This document shows, in pieces, positions 1-7,715 of a stretch of DNA of 24,000 bases (the first letter of the stretch is position 1; each line of letters starts with the position of its first letter). The notes under the pieces were generated by a model that saw only the letters and a list, made by a program, of their open reading frames with translations, made no database searches and was not told the origin of the DNA. This DNA is from Oscillospiraceae bacterium (lineage in GTDB: Bacteria; Bacillota; Clostridia; Oscillospirales; Oscillospiraceae), in NCBI GenBank assembly GCA_034927685.1, contig JAYFPO010000021.1:17299-41298 (forward strand), read 5' to 3'. Position numbers and translations under genes: made by a program.

Positions 1-450
1 GACGCACTCGGCAACGATCCGGCATTTCTCCCACCGACCTTTATTACAGGGATTGCCCCGCAATACACGGCAGGCGACGGCGCAAAGAAAGCGGCAGGCA
101 GCGCTGAAGCGAAACGCGCGCCGACGACCAGGATACAAGCCACCGAAGCGCAGCCATAACGGAAGGCGCGTTGGAAACAGGCTGCAGATTGAAGTAATTT
201 CGGCATCGCAGAGATCAAAACGCAGCATCCTTGCCGCACTGTGCAGACCCCCGCCGATTCTAAGCCGCTCTGTTGCTTGAAGGGTCGGCTTTGGGGCTGC
301 CGGTCGCGCCGATGGACGGCAGTTTCCTCTTTCCCGCTCCGAGGTGATTCGGAGACCGCAAAACGAGCGGAAGCGTCACGGGGAACGGGAACCATGCCCC
401 GTACGATTGTGCGGGACTGCCCGGTTTGGAAGCAGGATCAATTCTCTCTC

Positions 451-511
451 TTTCGAAAACAAAAAGCTGCCGCAGAGCCGAACGGTCCTGACCGTTTTGG
501 CCCTGCGGCAG
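451..511 (-). terminator. Rho-independent terminator closing the minus-strand surface-glycan operon
   Basis: CTGCCGCAG (467-475) and CTGCGGCAG (503-511) are reverse complements, with an inner stem AACGGTC/GACCGTT. On the minus strand the hairpin is followed by CTTTTTGTTTTCG (466-451). It begins 9 nt after the stop of the 520-873 CDS. Confidence 0.6.
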
Positions 512-519
512 CCCTGTGG

Positions 520-873
520 TTATCGGATCGCCGGGCGCGGGCGCAAATAGAAGAGAACGCCCGCCACGGCCAGCGCGGCGCCGACCGGCCAATAGACGCG
601 CACCAGCGGGACTGTGGTGCCGTAGATTTCGAATACGCCCCGCAGGCAGCAGCCCACCGTCAGGGTGGCGACGCCCGCCCGGTAGAGGGCGGCGGGCAGC
701 GGACCCGGCCGCCGCGCACGCGGCAGCACGGAAAGCAGCAGATAGGGCAAAAAGCCGAGCAGCAGTGGGAAGAGGAACAGGTAGACCATGTAGGGCGATT
801 CCACGCCGTGGCTGAAGTGCTCGTAAACCCCGCTGAAGAAGCCGCAGAAGACGGTGATCCAGAGGGCGGTCAT
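520..873 (-). CDS. Small integral membrane protein, unknown function
   Basis: The track ORF 520-912 starts at a TTG that overlaps the upstream gene by 17 nt, so the first ATG (873, MTALWITVF...) is preferred. The product of about 117 aa is mostly hydrophobic stretches (about four TM-like segments). No family motif recognised. Confidence 0.55.
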   Translation of the reverse strand: MTALWITVFCGFFSGVYEHFSHGVESPYMVYLFLFPLLLGFLPYLLLSVLPRARRPGPLPAALYRAGVATLTVGCCLRGVFEIYGTTVPLVRVYWPVGAALAVAGVLFYLRPRPAIR

Positions 874-895
874 CGCCCGTCTTTGCAGCGCTTTT

Positions 896-1843
896 CTATC
901 CGATGTAGACAATGTCGCTCACACTCCGTTCTTTGATCGTCCGGCCGTCTGTGGTCGGGTCGTTGAGGACAGTTCCGCAAAACACCATGGTGGAAGAGCC
1001 GCCGCCGTCAAGGTTGTAGGCGGTCTGCACGCCGAGAGTCTGCATAAATTCGGCCAACTGGTACAGCGACAGCCCTTCGCTCTCGCTCGTCCGGCCGTCC
1101 GAGACGACCATGACATAGTGGAGGCTGTCAATGACGCCGATGGCGGTTCTGGGGTTGCTGGTCATGGATTTGTCCACCTCCGTGCTTGTGCCCACGGAAA
1201 CTTCACCATCCGTCAACAGCGCAGGTCCGAAGGAGAGCACCTGCTGCGCGCCCTGCGCCAGCAGTTCCTCTGCGGTCACGTCTCCCTCCAATATTGTGGA
1301 ACAGGAACCGTCCGCCCAGATCACCAGGTCCTGCTGCTCGTCGTCGGAGGAGGAATTGCGGTAGAGCACGCCGTTTCGGATCACATAGCCGCTGCGCACG
1401 CCGTAGTAGTCGCCGTTGATCGCCAGGATCGCGCCCACGTCCGAGGCGATTGAGGAGGCAGTTTCCGTGATGTTCTTGCCGTAGGTGCTCTGGGCGAAGG
1501 CGGTTTGCAGACTGTCGGCGCTCTCCAGCGTGATGTCCGCCACATAGATGTTCGTGTCGTACTCCCGGTAGGTCGTGATCGTAATGGAGATCCCGTTTCC
1601 GTCGTAGGAGGTGTCCGTCACGGTCACAGCCGTTTCCGTCGCGCGATCTGTTTCGCTCTCGGTGCTGCTGCCCGTATTGTTCAGGGCGGTAGACTGCGCC
1701 GCAGTCTCGTCGGAGGTGTCCGCCATGCTTTGAGGGACAACCTGATATGCCCGCGGGATCACGAGCGCGTCCAGCAGCACATAGGCCGTAAAGGCCAGCA
1801 GCAGGACAAAATAGAGGAGGGAGGCGAGTTTGATTCGCTTCAT
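896..1843 (-). CDS. Phosphodiester glycosidase family (DUF2233/NAGPA-like) exported protein
   Basis: N-terminal signal anchor (LASLLYFVLLLAFTAYVLL), then AINGDYYG, GPALLTDGEV, NPRTAIGV..VVSDGR and NLDGGGSSTM motifs typical of this family. AGGAGG lies upstream and the ATG abuts the stop of the GT2 gene. Confidence 0.8.
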   Translation of the reverse strand: MKRIKLASLLYFVLLLAFTAYVLLDALVIPRAYQVVPQSMADTSDETAAQSTALNNTGSSTESETDRATETAVTVTDTSYDGNGISITITTYREYDTNIYVADITLESADSLQTAFAQSTYGKNITETASSIASDVGAILAINGDYYGVRSGYVIRNGVLYRNSSSDDEQQDLVIWADGSCSTILEGDVTAEELLAQGAQQVLSFGPALLTDGEVSVGTSTEVDKSMTSNPRTAIGVIDSLHYVMVVSDGRTSESEGLSLYQLAEFMQTLGVQTAYNLDGGGSSTMVFCGTVLNDPTTDGRTIKERSVSDIVYIG

Positions 1844-2896
1844 TTATCCCGCCTCCTTTGGCGTGCGGAAGATCCAGAACCGCTGGGCAAGGAAGCTCAG
1901 CGTAAAAAAGGTCAGCTCCGTCAGCAGCTTGGCCGCAAACCGGTTCCAGCCGAGCAGGTTAACCAAAGCGCTCAGCAGCAGCGTGTTTCCGAGCAGGATG
2001 CAGGCAGCCACCAGAAAGTACTGCGCGCCGGTTTTGAGCGCGCTGTCCTGATTCCGAAATACCAGGCGCTTGTTGATCGTGAAATTCGTGGCTGCGCTGA
2101 CAATGCGTGCCGTGACGTTGGAGACCGGAACGCTGACAGCAGTGCCGAGGCCGTTCAGTGCGACCACAAGAATGCTGTAGAGGCCGTAGTCCACAAGAAA
2201 CCCCGTCAGCGAGGAGGCCGCGAATTTGAAAAATTTTCCATAGACCAGATAGGAATCGCGGATCGTGCGGAAATGGGAGCTCTGATTGCCGCTTAGATAG
2301 ATCGTCTCGATGGGTTCCTCCCGCATCGGGATGCCGAGCTGCGGGCTCTGCAGGAGCATATTCATCTCGTATTCATAGCGTTCGCCGGGAATTTGCAGCA
2401 GCGTGGGGATCTGCGCCGCCGAGAAGGCGCGCAGGCCGGTCTGCGTATCGCTGACGCGCACGCCGGTGGAGAGGCGGTAGACCGTCCTTGTGACGGTGTT
2501 GCCGAATTTACTGCGCAGCGGCGTTCCCTTGCCGAAGCCGCGGACGCCGAGCACCAGCGCGTCCGGCTCCGCCTGCGCGCGGCGCGCGACCTTCCAGGCG
2601 TCGGAGACCGTGTGCTGGCCGTCGGCGTCCAGCGTGACGACGGTACTGTCCGCCGGGGCATAGGCCAGCAGATGGGAGAGTCCCAGCTTGAGCGCGTAGC
2701 CCTTGCCGCGGTTTTCCGCGTAGGAGAGCACCTCCGCCAAGGGTGCGAGGGAAGAAAACACATCCCGGTAGGCGGCGCCGCTGCCGTCGTCCACCACCAG
2801 GACGGAAAACCCGGAGGCAGCCAACTGTCCGGCAACCTCAAGCAGCACCGGCTCCGGCTCATAGGCGGGAATCAGCGCGTAGATGGAATCGGCCAT
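1844..2896 (-). CDS. Bifunctional family-2 glycosyltransferase / GtrA-like membrane domain protein
   Basis: The N-terminal half has a GT-A pattern (IPAYEPE, VVDDGS, TLDADGQH). The C-terminal ~130 aa has four hydrophobic helices with a GtrA-like pattern (FKFAASSLTGFLVDYGLY...INKRLVF). RBS AGGGGGAG is upstream of the ATG at 2896. Confidence 0.85.
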   Translation of the reverse strand: MADSIYALIPAYEPEPVLLEVAGQLAASGFSVLVVDDGSGAAYRDVFSSLAPLAEVLSYAENRGKGYALKLGLSHLLAYAPADSTVVTLDADGQHTVSDAWKVARRAQAEPDALVLGVRGFGKGTPLRSKFGNTVTRTVYRLSTGVRVSDTQTGLRAFSAAQIPTLLQIPGERYEYEMNMLLQSPQLGIPMREEPIETIYLSGNQSSHFRTIRDSYLVYGKFFKFAASSLTGFLVDYGLYSILVVALNGLGTAVSVPVSNVTARIVSAATNFTINKRLVFRNQDSALKTGAQYFLVAACILLGNTLLLSALVNLLGWNRFAAKLLTELTFFTLSFLAQRFWIFRTPKEAG

Positions 2897-2996
2897 TGAC
2901 AGGCTCCCCCTTTCTCGGATTGGATGTCCTTAGTTTACGACAGGATTGTTTCGCAATTCGGAAGGGAGGGTGAAGATTTTGTGAAAAATCATGGAA

Positions 2997-3036
2997 ACAC
3001 GGTCGTGCGGGCCGCTCCCGGTCCGCACGACCGTGT
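2997..3036 (-). terminator. Stem-loop terminator after the TIM-barrel::ligase gene
   Basis: Perfect 14-bp stem ACACGGTCGTGCGG (2997-3010) / CCGCACGACCGTGT (3023-3036), 21 nt downstream of the stop at 3058. The minus-strand T-run (TTTTT) is offset by about 7 nt, so efficiency is uncertain. Confidence 0.5.
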
Positions 3037-3057
3037 TTGATCGCTGATTTCCCCCGC

Positions 3058-5577
3058 TCAGGGGGTTTCGTTTCCCTTCGCGGTGTCGATGCCAGCCGCG
3101 TTTTCCAGATGCAGGCGCGCAATCGCATCCTCGCGCATCTTGTATTTCAGGATTTTCCCCGCGGCGTTCATGGGGAAAGCGTCCACAAACTCGATATACT
3201 TCGGCACCTTATGCCGCGCCATGCTGGCTTTGATGTAGTCGAGCAGCTCCTGCTCCGTGACGCTGCCGGACTGCTTCAGGATGACGCAGGCCATGGCCTC
3301 CTCGCCGTACTTTTTGTCCGGCACGCCGACCACCTGCACATCCCGGACCGCCGGATGGGTATAGATGAATTCCTCGATCTCCTTGGGGTAGATGTTCTCG
3401 CCGCCGCGGATAATCATATCCTTCAGGCGGCCCGTGATCCGGTAGTTGCCGTCCTCGTCCCGGCAGGCCAGGTCGCCGGAATGGAGCCAGCCCTCGCGGT
3501 CCACGGTGTCCCGCGTGGCCTCCGGCATTTTGTAGTAGCCCTTCATGGTGTTGTAGCCCCGGGAGCAGAACTCGCCGTTCACGCCCGCCGCCACCGCTTC
3601 CCCGGTCTCCGGGTCGATGACCTTACACTGGACATGCGGGAAGTCGTAGCCGACGGTCTCTGTGCGCAGCGCGAGCGGATCGTCCCAGGCGGACATGGTG
3701 CTGCCGGGCGCGGACTCCGTCTGGCCGTAGACGCTGACGATGCCGGTCATGTTCATCTCACTTGGCTGCGCGGCCCGGCGCATGAGCTCCGCCGGACAGC
3801 CGGAGCCGGCCATGATGCCCGTGCGCATGTGGGAAAAGTCGGTCTTCCGGTAGTCGGGATGGCTGAACATGGCGATGAACATGGTGGGCACGCCGTTGAA
3901 GCAGGTGATCCGCTCCTGGTTGACGCAGGCCAGCGACGACTTCGCGGAAAAATAGGGCAGCGGACAGAGCGTCGCGCCGTGGGTCATGCACGAGGTCATG
4001 GAGAGAACCATGCCGAAGCAGTGGAACATCGGCACCTGGATCATCATTCGGTCCGCCGTGGAGAGATCCATGCGGTCGCCGATGCACTTGCCATTGTTGA
4101 CCACGTTGTAGTGGGTCAGCATGACGCCCTTGGGGAAGCCGGTGGTGCCGGAGGTGTACTGCATATTGCAAACATCGTCCGCATGCACCCGCGCCGCCAT
4201 TCTGGCCACTTCCTCCCGGGGGACCAGATCCGCCCGCTCCATGGCCTCATCAAAGGTCAGGCAGCCGGGCTGCCGGAAGCCGACGGTGATGACGTTGCGG
4301 AGGAACGGCAGGCGCTTGCAGTGGAGCGGTGCGCCGGGCTTACTGCTCCCAATTTCCGGGCAGAGCTCGTTGATGGTCGCCCGGTAATCGGAGTCCAGAC
4401 AGGATTCGATCATGACGAGCGTGTGCGTGTCGGACTGCCGGAGCAGATACTCCGCCTCATGGATCTTATAGGCCGTGTTGACCGTCACCAGCACCGCGCC
4501 GATCTTCGTGGCGGCCCAGAAGGTCAGATACCACGCGGGCACGTTGGTGGCCCAGATGGCCACTTTGCCGCCGGCCCGGACGCCCATGGAGATGAGCGCG
4601 CGCGCGAAGGTATCCACATCCTCGCGGAACTCCTCATAGGTCCTCGTGTAGTCGAGCGTCGTATACTTGAAGGCATACTGGTCCGGGAACTCCTCCACCA
4701 TCCGGTCCAGCACCCGGGAAAAGGTCAGGTCGATCAGCTCATCCTTCTTCCAGACGTACCGGCCCGTGTGGGCGTGGTTGTCATACAGGTCCTTTTTCTT
4801 GCCGCGGGGATTGTCGAACCTGTGCATATAGTTCACGAAGTGCGGGAAAATAACGTCCTTTTCCTGTAGGTCCCCCATCCATTCCGGCTTCCACTCCAGC
4901 GAGATAAAGCCGTCATAGTTGATGGAGGAGAGGGCGCGCATCATCTCGGCAACCGGCAGATTGCCCTCGCCGATCAGGTTATAGGTGTCCCTGTCGTCGG
5001 AGTCCCGCAGGTGGACATGGCGCACATAGGCGCCGAGATTCTTGATCGTCGCGTCCGCGCTCTCGCCGTGGTCCCGGTAGGGGTGGTGCATATCCCAGAG
5101 GGCCGCGAGCTGGTCGCAGGCAAATTCGTCCATCAGCGCGCGGAGCCGCGCCGTGTCGGCGTAGATGCCGCTGGTCTTCAGCAGCAGCACCGGGCCCAGC
5201 GCCTCCGCCGCGGGCAGAAGCTCCCGCAGCGCCGCGCGGACCCGCGCCTCGTCGTCGCAGAGCGCGACGCATGACACGCAGGGTACCTGCAGATCGCGCG
5301 CCAGCTCCAGCAGATTCAGGAGCGTCCGCACCGCGTCCCCGTCCGCGGATACGTCGCAGGAGGTATCCAGGCAGGAAATCCGGATCTGCTTTTCCCGCAG
5401 CAGGCGGACCGTGGCCGCGGCGGTAACTTTGTGGAGCGGGCCGCCTCGCTCAAACCATTCCGGCCTTTTCTGAACATTATACAGCTCGACGCCGCCGAAG
5501 CGCATCTCCTGCGCGGTATCCAGCAGTTCTTCCCAACGCAGGGCCTCCCAGCCTCTTGTGGAAAAGGAGAGATTCAT
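3058..5577 (-). CDS. Fusion protein: xylose-isomerase-like TIM barrel (N-terminal) :: adenylate-forming acyl-CoA ligase (C-terminal)
   Basis: 839-aa ORF with GAGGAGG RBS. Its ATG overlaps the upstream stop (ATGA at 5574-5577). Residues 1-~250 resemble the AP_endonuc_2/sugar-phosphate-isomerase TIM barrel (HVHLRD, FISLEWK). Residues ~280-839 carry ligase motifs YTSGTTGFPKGVMLTH, VYGQTES, GRLKDMIIRGGENIYP and AAGKILK. Confidence 0.85.
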   Translation of the reverse strand: MNLSFSTRGWEALRWEELLDTAQEMRFGGVELYNVQKRPEWFERGGPLHKVTAAATVRLLREKQIRISCLDTSCDVSADGDAVRTLLNLLELARDLQVPCVSCVALCDDEARVRAALRELLPAAEALGPVLLLKTSGIYADTARLRALMDEFACDQLAALWDMHHPYRDHGESADATIKNLGAYVRHVHLRDSDDRDTYNLIGEGNLPVAEMMRALSSINYDGFISLEWKPEWMGDLQEKDVIFPHFVNYMHRFDNPRGKKKDLYDNHAHTGRYVWKKDELIDLTFSRVLDRMVEEFPDQYAFKYTTLDYTRTYEEFREDVDTFARALISMGVRAGGKVAIWATNVPAWYLTFWAATKIGAVLVTVNTAYKIHEAEYLLRQSDTHTLVMIESCLDSDYRATINELCPEIGSSKPGAPLHCKRLPFLRNVITVGFRQPGCLTFDEAMERADLVPREEVARMAARVHADDVCNMQYTSGTTGFPKGVMLTHYNVVNNGKCIGDRMDLSTADRMMIQVPMFHCFGMVLSMTSCMTHGATLCPLPYFSAKSSLACVNQERITCFNGVPTMFIAMFSHPDYRKTDFSHMRTGIMAGSGCPAELMRRAAQPSEMNMTGIVSVYGQTESAPGSTMSAWDDPLALRTETVGYDFPHVQCKVIDPETGEAVAAGVNGEFCSRGYNTMKGYYKMPEATRDTVDREGWLHSGDLACRDEDGNYRITGRLKDMIIRGGENIYPKEIEEFIYTHPAVRDVQVVGVPDKKYGEEAMACVILKQSGSVTEQELLDYIKASMARHKVPKYIEFVDAFPMNAAGKILKYKMREDAIARLHLENAAGIDTAKGNETP

Positions 5578-6992
5578 ACTTCCGCCTCCTCATAGACGAT
5601 TTTGTTGAGCGCGCTCAGGTAGGCCAGGATGCTGGCCCCCAGAATATCGGTGGAAATGCCGCGGCCGGAATAGAGCTTGCCGTTCGAGCGGAGCTTGACC
5701 ACGGTTTGGCCCATGGCCTCGCGGCCCTCGGTGACGGCCTGAATCTGGAAGTCGTCCAGCTCGTAGTGGCGGCCGGCGATCTGCTCGATGGCCAGGAACG
5801 CGGCGTCAATGGGGCCGTCGCCGACGGAGATGCCCTCCAGCACCCGATCCTGCCGGCGCAGCTTCATATGCGCCGTCGCGGTGATGATATTGCCGGTGTT
5901 GATGACGTAGCTCTCCATCTTATAGGTGGGCGGCACCTGTAGGGCCGCCGCGGCCACGATGGCGTCCAGCTCCTTGGAGCCGACCCGCTCCTTGCGGTCG
6001 GCGATCCGGCAAAACGCCTCGTAGACCTTGACGCCGTCCTCCTCGGAGAGATCATAGCCCAGCCGGGCCACGGCCTTCAGGACCGCGCTCATCTCGTCGT
6101 GGCTGGTCAGGGTCACGCTCTCGCCGCTCTCCTCCACGCCGTTGTCAAAGGGCGAATTCTTGCTGCGGTTCGTCTGGCACATCCAGACGATCTGGCTGAG
6201 AATGCGTTTCATCTCCGTCATGCGGACCGCGCAGCAGGCGTCGAATTTGTCCCCTTTGGCCGCCAGGACCCGGGCCACATTCTCCAGCGCCGCCGTACCC
6301 ACGGGATAGGAGGCCACCTTGACCTCCCCCGCCCCGCAGCGCACGGCCGCAATGGCGCAGGAATCGGCCATGGACAGCGTGTCGGCGCAGGAGACGCCCA
6401 GACAGACGCCCCGCAGCGCGGGCACGGCCGCGTAGAGCTTTTGCAGGAACGCCGCGAACTCATCGGGCAGCATGGCCCCGGCGGTGTCGCAGACCGTGAC
6501 GGTGGAGGCGCCTGCCTCGATGGCGGCCGAAACGGCCGCGTGCAGGAATTCCTCGTCGCTGCGGGTTGCGTCATCGGCCAGGAACTCCACGTCCCCGCAG
6601 CACGCCCGGCAGGCGGCAACGGTCTCGCGGATGGCCGAAAGCATCGCCTCCGGCTTTTTGTGGTGCAGGTATTCCATCTGCACGGGGCTGACCGGCGCCG
6701 CCACCTGAAGCCGGGGACACGCCGCCTCACGCAGGGCGTTCCAGGTCGTCTGCACGCTCTCCTCGGAAAGCTGCACCGGCACGGCCACGGCGCAATGCCG
6801 GACCGCCGCCGCCACGGACTTGACGAGCAGGCTGTCGATCTTCGGATTCTGAATGGTCTCCAGCTCGACGACGGACACGCCCAGCCGGTCCAACAGCTTG
6901 GAAAGCTCAATTTTCTCTTTAAAGGTCAGGGTAAAGCCGGCGGCTCTCCCCGTCTGTTTCATGGTGACGTCGCTGATTCTGATTTCGTTCAT
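5574..6992 (-). CDS. 2-isopropylmalate synthase-like protein with degenerate catalytic site and intact LeuA-type C-terminal regulatory domain
   Basis: 472 aa with AAGGAGAG RBS. The HMGL-like N-terminal half aligns to LeuA. DTTLRDGEQ is replaced by DVTMKQTGR and HxHNDxG by SCADTLS. DT.G (CDTAG) and E..DD..R (EFLADDATRS) are kept. The C-terminal GDGPIDAAFLAIEQI...GREAMGQTVVKLRSNGKLYSGRGISTDILGASILAYLSALNKI matches the LeuA dimerisation/regulatory domain. Confidence 0.8.
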   Translation of the reverse strand: MNEIRISDVTMKQTGRAAGFTLTFKEKIELSKLLDRLGVSVVELETIQNPKIDSLLVKSVAAAVRHCAVAVPVQLSEESVQTTWNALREAACPRLQVAAPVSPVQMEYLHHKKPEAMLSAIRETVAACRACCGDVEFLADDATRSDEEFLHAAVSAAIEAGASTVTVCDTAGAMLPDEFAAFLQKLYAAVPALRGVCLGVSCADTLSMADSCAIAAVRCGAGEVKVASYPVGTAALENVARVLAAKGDKFDACCAVRMTEMKRILSQIVWMCQTNRSKNSPFDNGVEESGESVTLTSHDEMSAVLKAVARLGYDLSEEDGVKVYEAFCRIADRKERVGSKELDAIVAAAALQVPPTYKMESYVINTGNIITATAHMKLRRQDRVLEGISVGDGPIDAAFLAIEQIAGRHYELDDFQIQAVTEGREAMGQTVVKLRSNGKLYSGRGISTDILGASILAYLSALNKIVYEEAEV

Positions 6993-7020
6993 CGCCGTAT
7001 CTCTCCTTTTTGTATGGAAT

Positions 7021-7296
7021 AAAAAAACGTCCCTGAGGCTATTTTGCCTCAGGGACGAACTTTCCTGTTCGCGGTACCACCCTGCTTATTCCCGCCGCGC
7101 GGGAATCCCTCTCGGACTCCGATAAGTCCATAGCCTGTAACGGGGCGGCCGGGTTCCATTACTCGCGGAGCTTTCACGGAACCGACTCGGGAAGCAGAAT
7201 GCAGCTCTCTTCGGTACCGGCTCGCACCACCCGCCGGCTCTCTGAAACGCGAACTGAGAACGCAAATTTCCGTCATCGTCTTTTGCAGTTTAGATT
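7021..7296 (-). promoter_or_regulatory. T-box riboswitch leader (specifier read as CUG, Leu; tentative)
   Basis: Read on the minus strand: K-turn GATGACGGAA...TTCCCGAGTC, AG bulge CAGAGAG (rc of 7238-7244), distal loop CGGGTGGTGCGA, F-box-like CCGTTAC. T-box core GGGTGGTACCGCG is the rc of 7070-7082. Terminator CGTCCCTGAGG/CCTCAGGGACG (7028-7057) is followed by T7 (7027-7021). The triplet next to the basal helix is CUG (rc of 7195-7197), followed by C rather than the usual purine. Confidence 0.85.
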
Positions 7297-7302
7297 TCTG
7301 TC

Positions 7303-7331
7303 ATTTAAGCACAGATTGGTCCGTTTGTCAA
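7303..7331 (-). promoter_or_regulatory. Sigma-A-type promoter for the Leu T-box operon
   Basis: Minus strand reads TTGACA (rc of 7326-7331), a 17-nt spacer, then TTAAAT (rc of 7303-7308), just upstream of the T-box Stem I. Confidence 0.5.
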
Positions 7332-7378
7332 CGGGTAATTTGAAGAAAAATTTGGAGGCGCGTTTCTGAAAAAAGGAT

Positions 7379-7407
7379 TTGACATTTTGGATGCGGCATG
7401 ATATAGT
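7379..7407 (+). promoter_or_regulatory. Sigma-A-type promoter for the Ile T-box unit
   Basis: TTGACA (7379-7384), a 17-nt spacer, then TATAGT (7402-7407). Divergent from the minus-strand promoter, with 47 bp between the two -35 hexamers. Confidence 0.55.
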
Positions 7408-7412
7408 TGGCC

Positions 7413-7689
7413 CAACATAAAAAAGGCTTTGACGAAGACGGTTGGATTCTCAAATGTTCAGAGAGCCGGTGGTTGGTGTGAACCGGTGATTTTGAGTCCT
7501 CAGACCTATCACTTCCGAGCTGGAGACCCGAACGGCCAAAGGCCAAGTAGATATCTCCCGTACGCCCGCGTTAAGGGATAGGACTTATCGGAGTCTGAAG
7601 TGGCGGCAGGAATGCCGCAAATTGAGTGGTACCGCGGGTTATGCAGTTTTTGCAGCTCGTCTCAAGAATATCTTGGGGCGAGCTTTTTT
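7413..7689 (+). promoter_or_regulatory. T-box riboswitch leader (specifier read as AUC, Ile)
   Basis: K-turn TTGACGAAG...CTTCCGAGC, AG bulge CAGAGAG (7459-7465), distal stem CCGG/CCGG with loop TGGTTGGTGTGAA. AUC (7508-7510) plus A lies directly 5' of the basal helix. T-box core GAGTGGTACCGCG is at 7624-7636. Terminator GCTCGTCTCAAG/CTTGGGGCGAGC (7655-7683) is followed by T6 (7684-7689). Confidence 0.9.
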
Positions 7690-7715
7690 GTCGCCCGGAA
7701 TCAGGAGGATTCACA

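Noticed and set aside
1-450. Edge region: plus frame 1 is open from the window start to a TAA at 157-159 (...APQYTAGDGAKKAAGSAEAKR...). A minus-strand frame is open from an ATG at 206 off the left edge (MPKLLQSAACFQRAF...VACILVVGARF...). Track ORFs 53-280 and 260-592 also lie here.
   Set aside because: The two candidates exclude each other. Both have only about 60 percent GC at third positions, compared with clearly higher values in the confident genes. Neither has a motif or clear RBS, so the region is left unannotated rather than guessed.
3037-4869. 610-aa plus-strand ORF, plus smaller ORFs at 3758-4171, 4121-4387, 4979-5473 and 5556-7022
   Set aside because: These are antisense or out-of-frame shadows of the ligase-fusion and LeuA-like genes. 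Their composition is rich in Arg, Gly, His and Ala, they have no motifs, and long open frames are expected on the opposite strand of high-GC coding DNA.
5574-6992. Calling this gene leuA (functional 2-isopropylmalate synthase) on the basis of the upstream T-box and overall similarity
   Set aside because: The conserved Arg-Asp of DTTLRDGEQ and the HxH metal ligands are all substituted, so the leuA symbol was withheld.
7195-7199. Alternative reading of the minus-strand T-box specifier as UCU (Ser) followed by G
   Set aside because: It would leave an extra unpaired C before the basal helix and does not fit the register seen in the other two leaders. The LeuA-like downstream gene favours Leu (CUG). 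This remains the least certain of the three calls.
7049-7546. Small minus-strand ORFs 7049-7276 and 7328-7546
   Set aside because: They fall entirely inside T-box leader RNA and promoter sequence, with no RBS.
7626-7715. N-terminal extensions of the two synthetase ORFs (track starts 7626 and 10237, both MSGTAG.../MVPRV...)
   Set aside because: The extensions run through the T-box core and terminator hairpins and lack an RBS. Internal ATGs at 7716 and 10336 have AGGAGG/AAGGAG at the proper distance.
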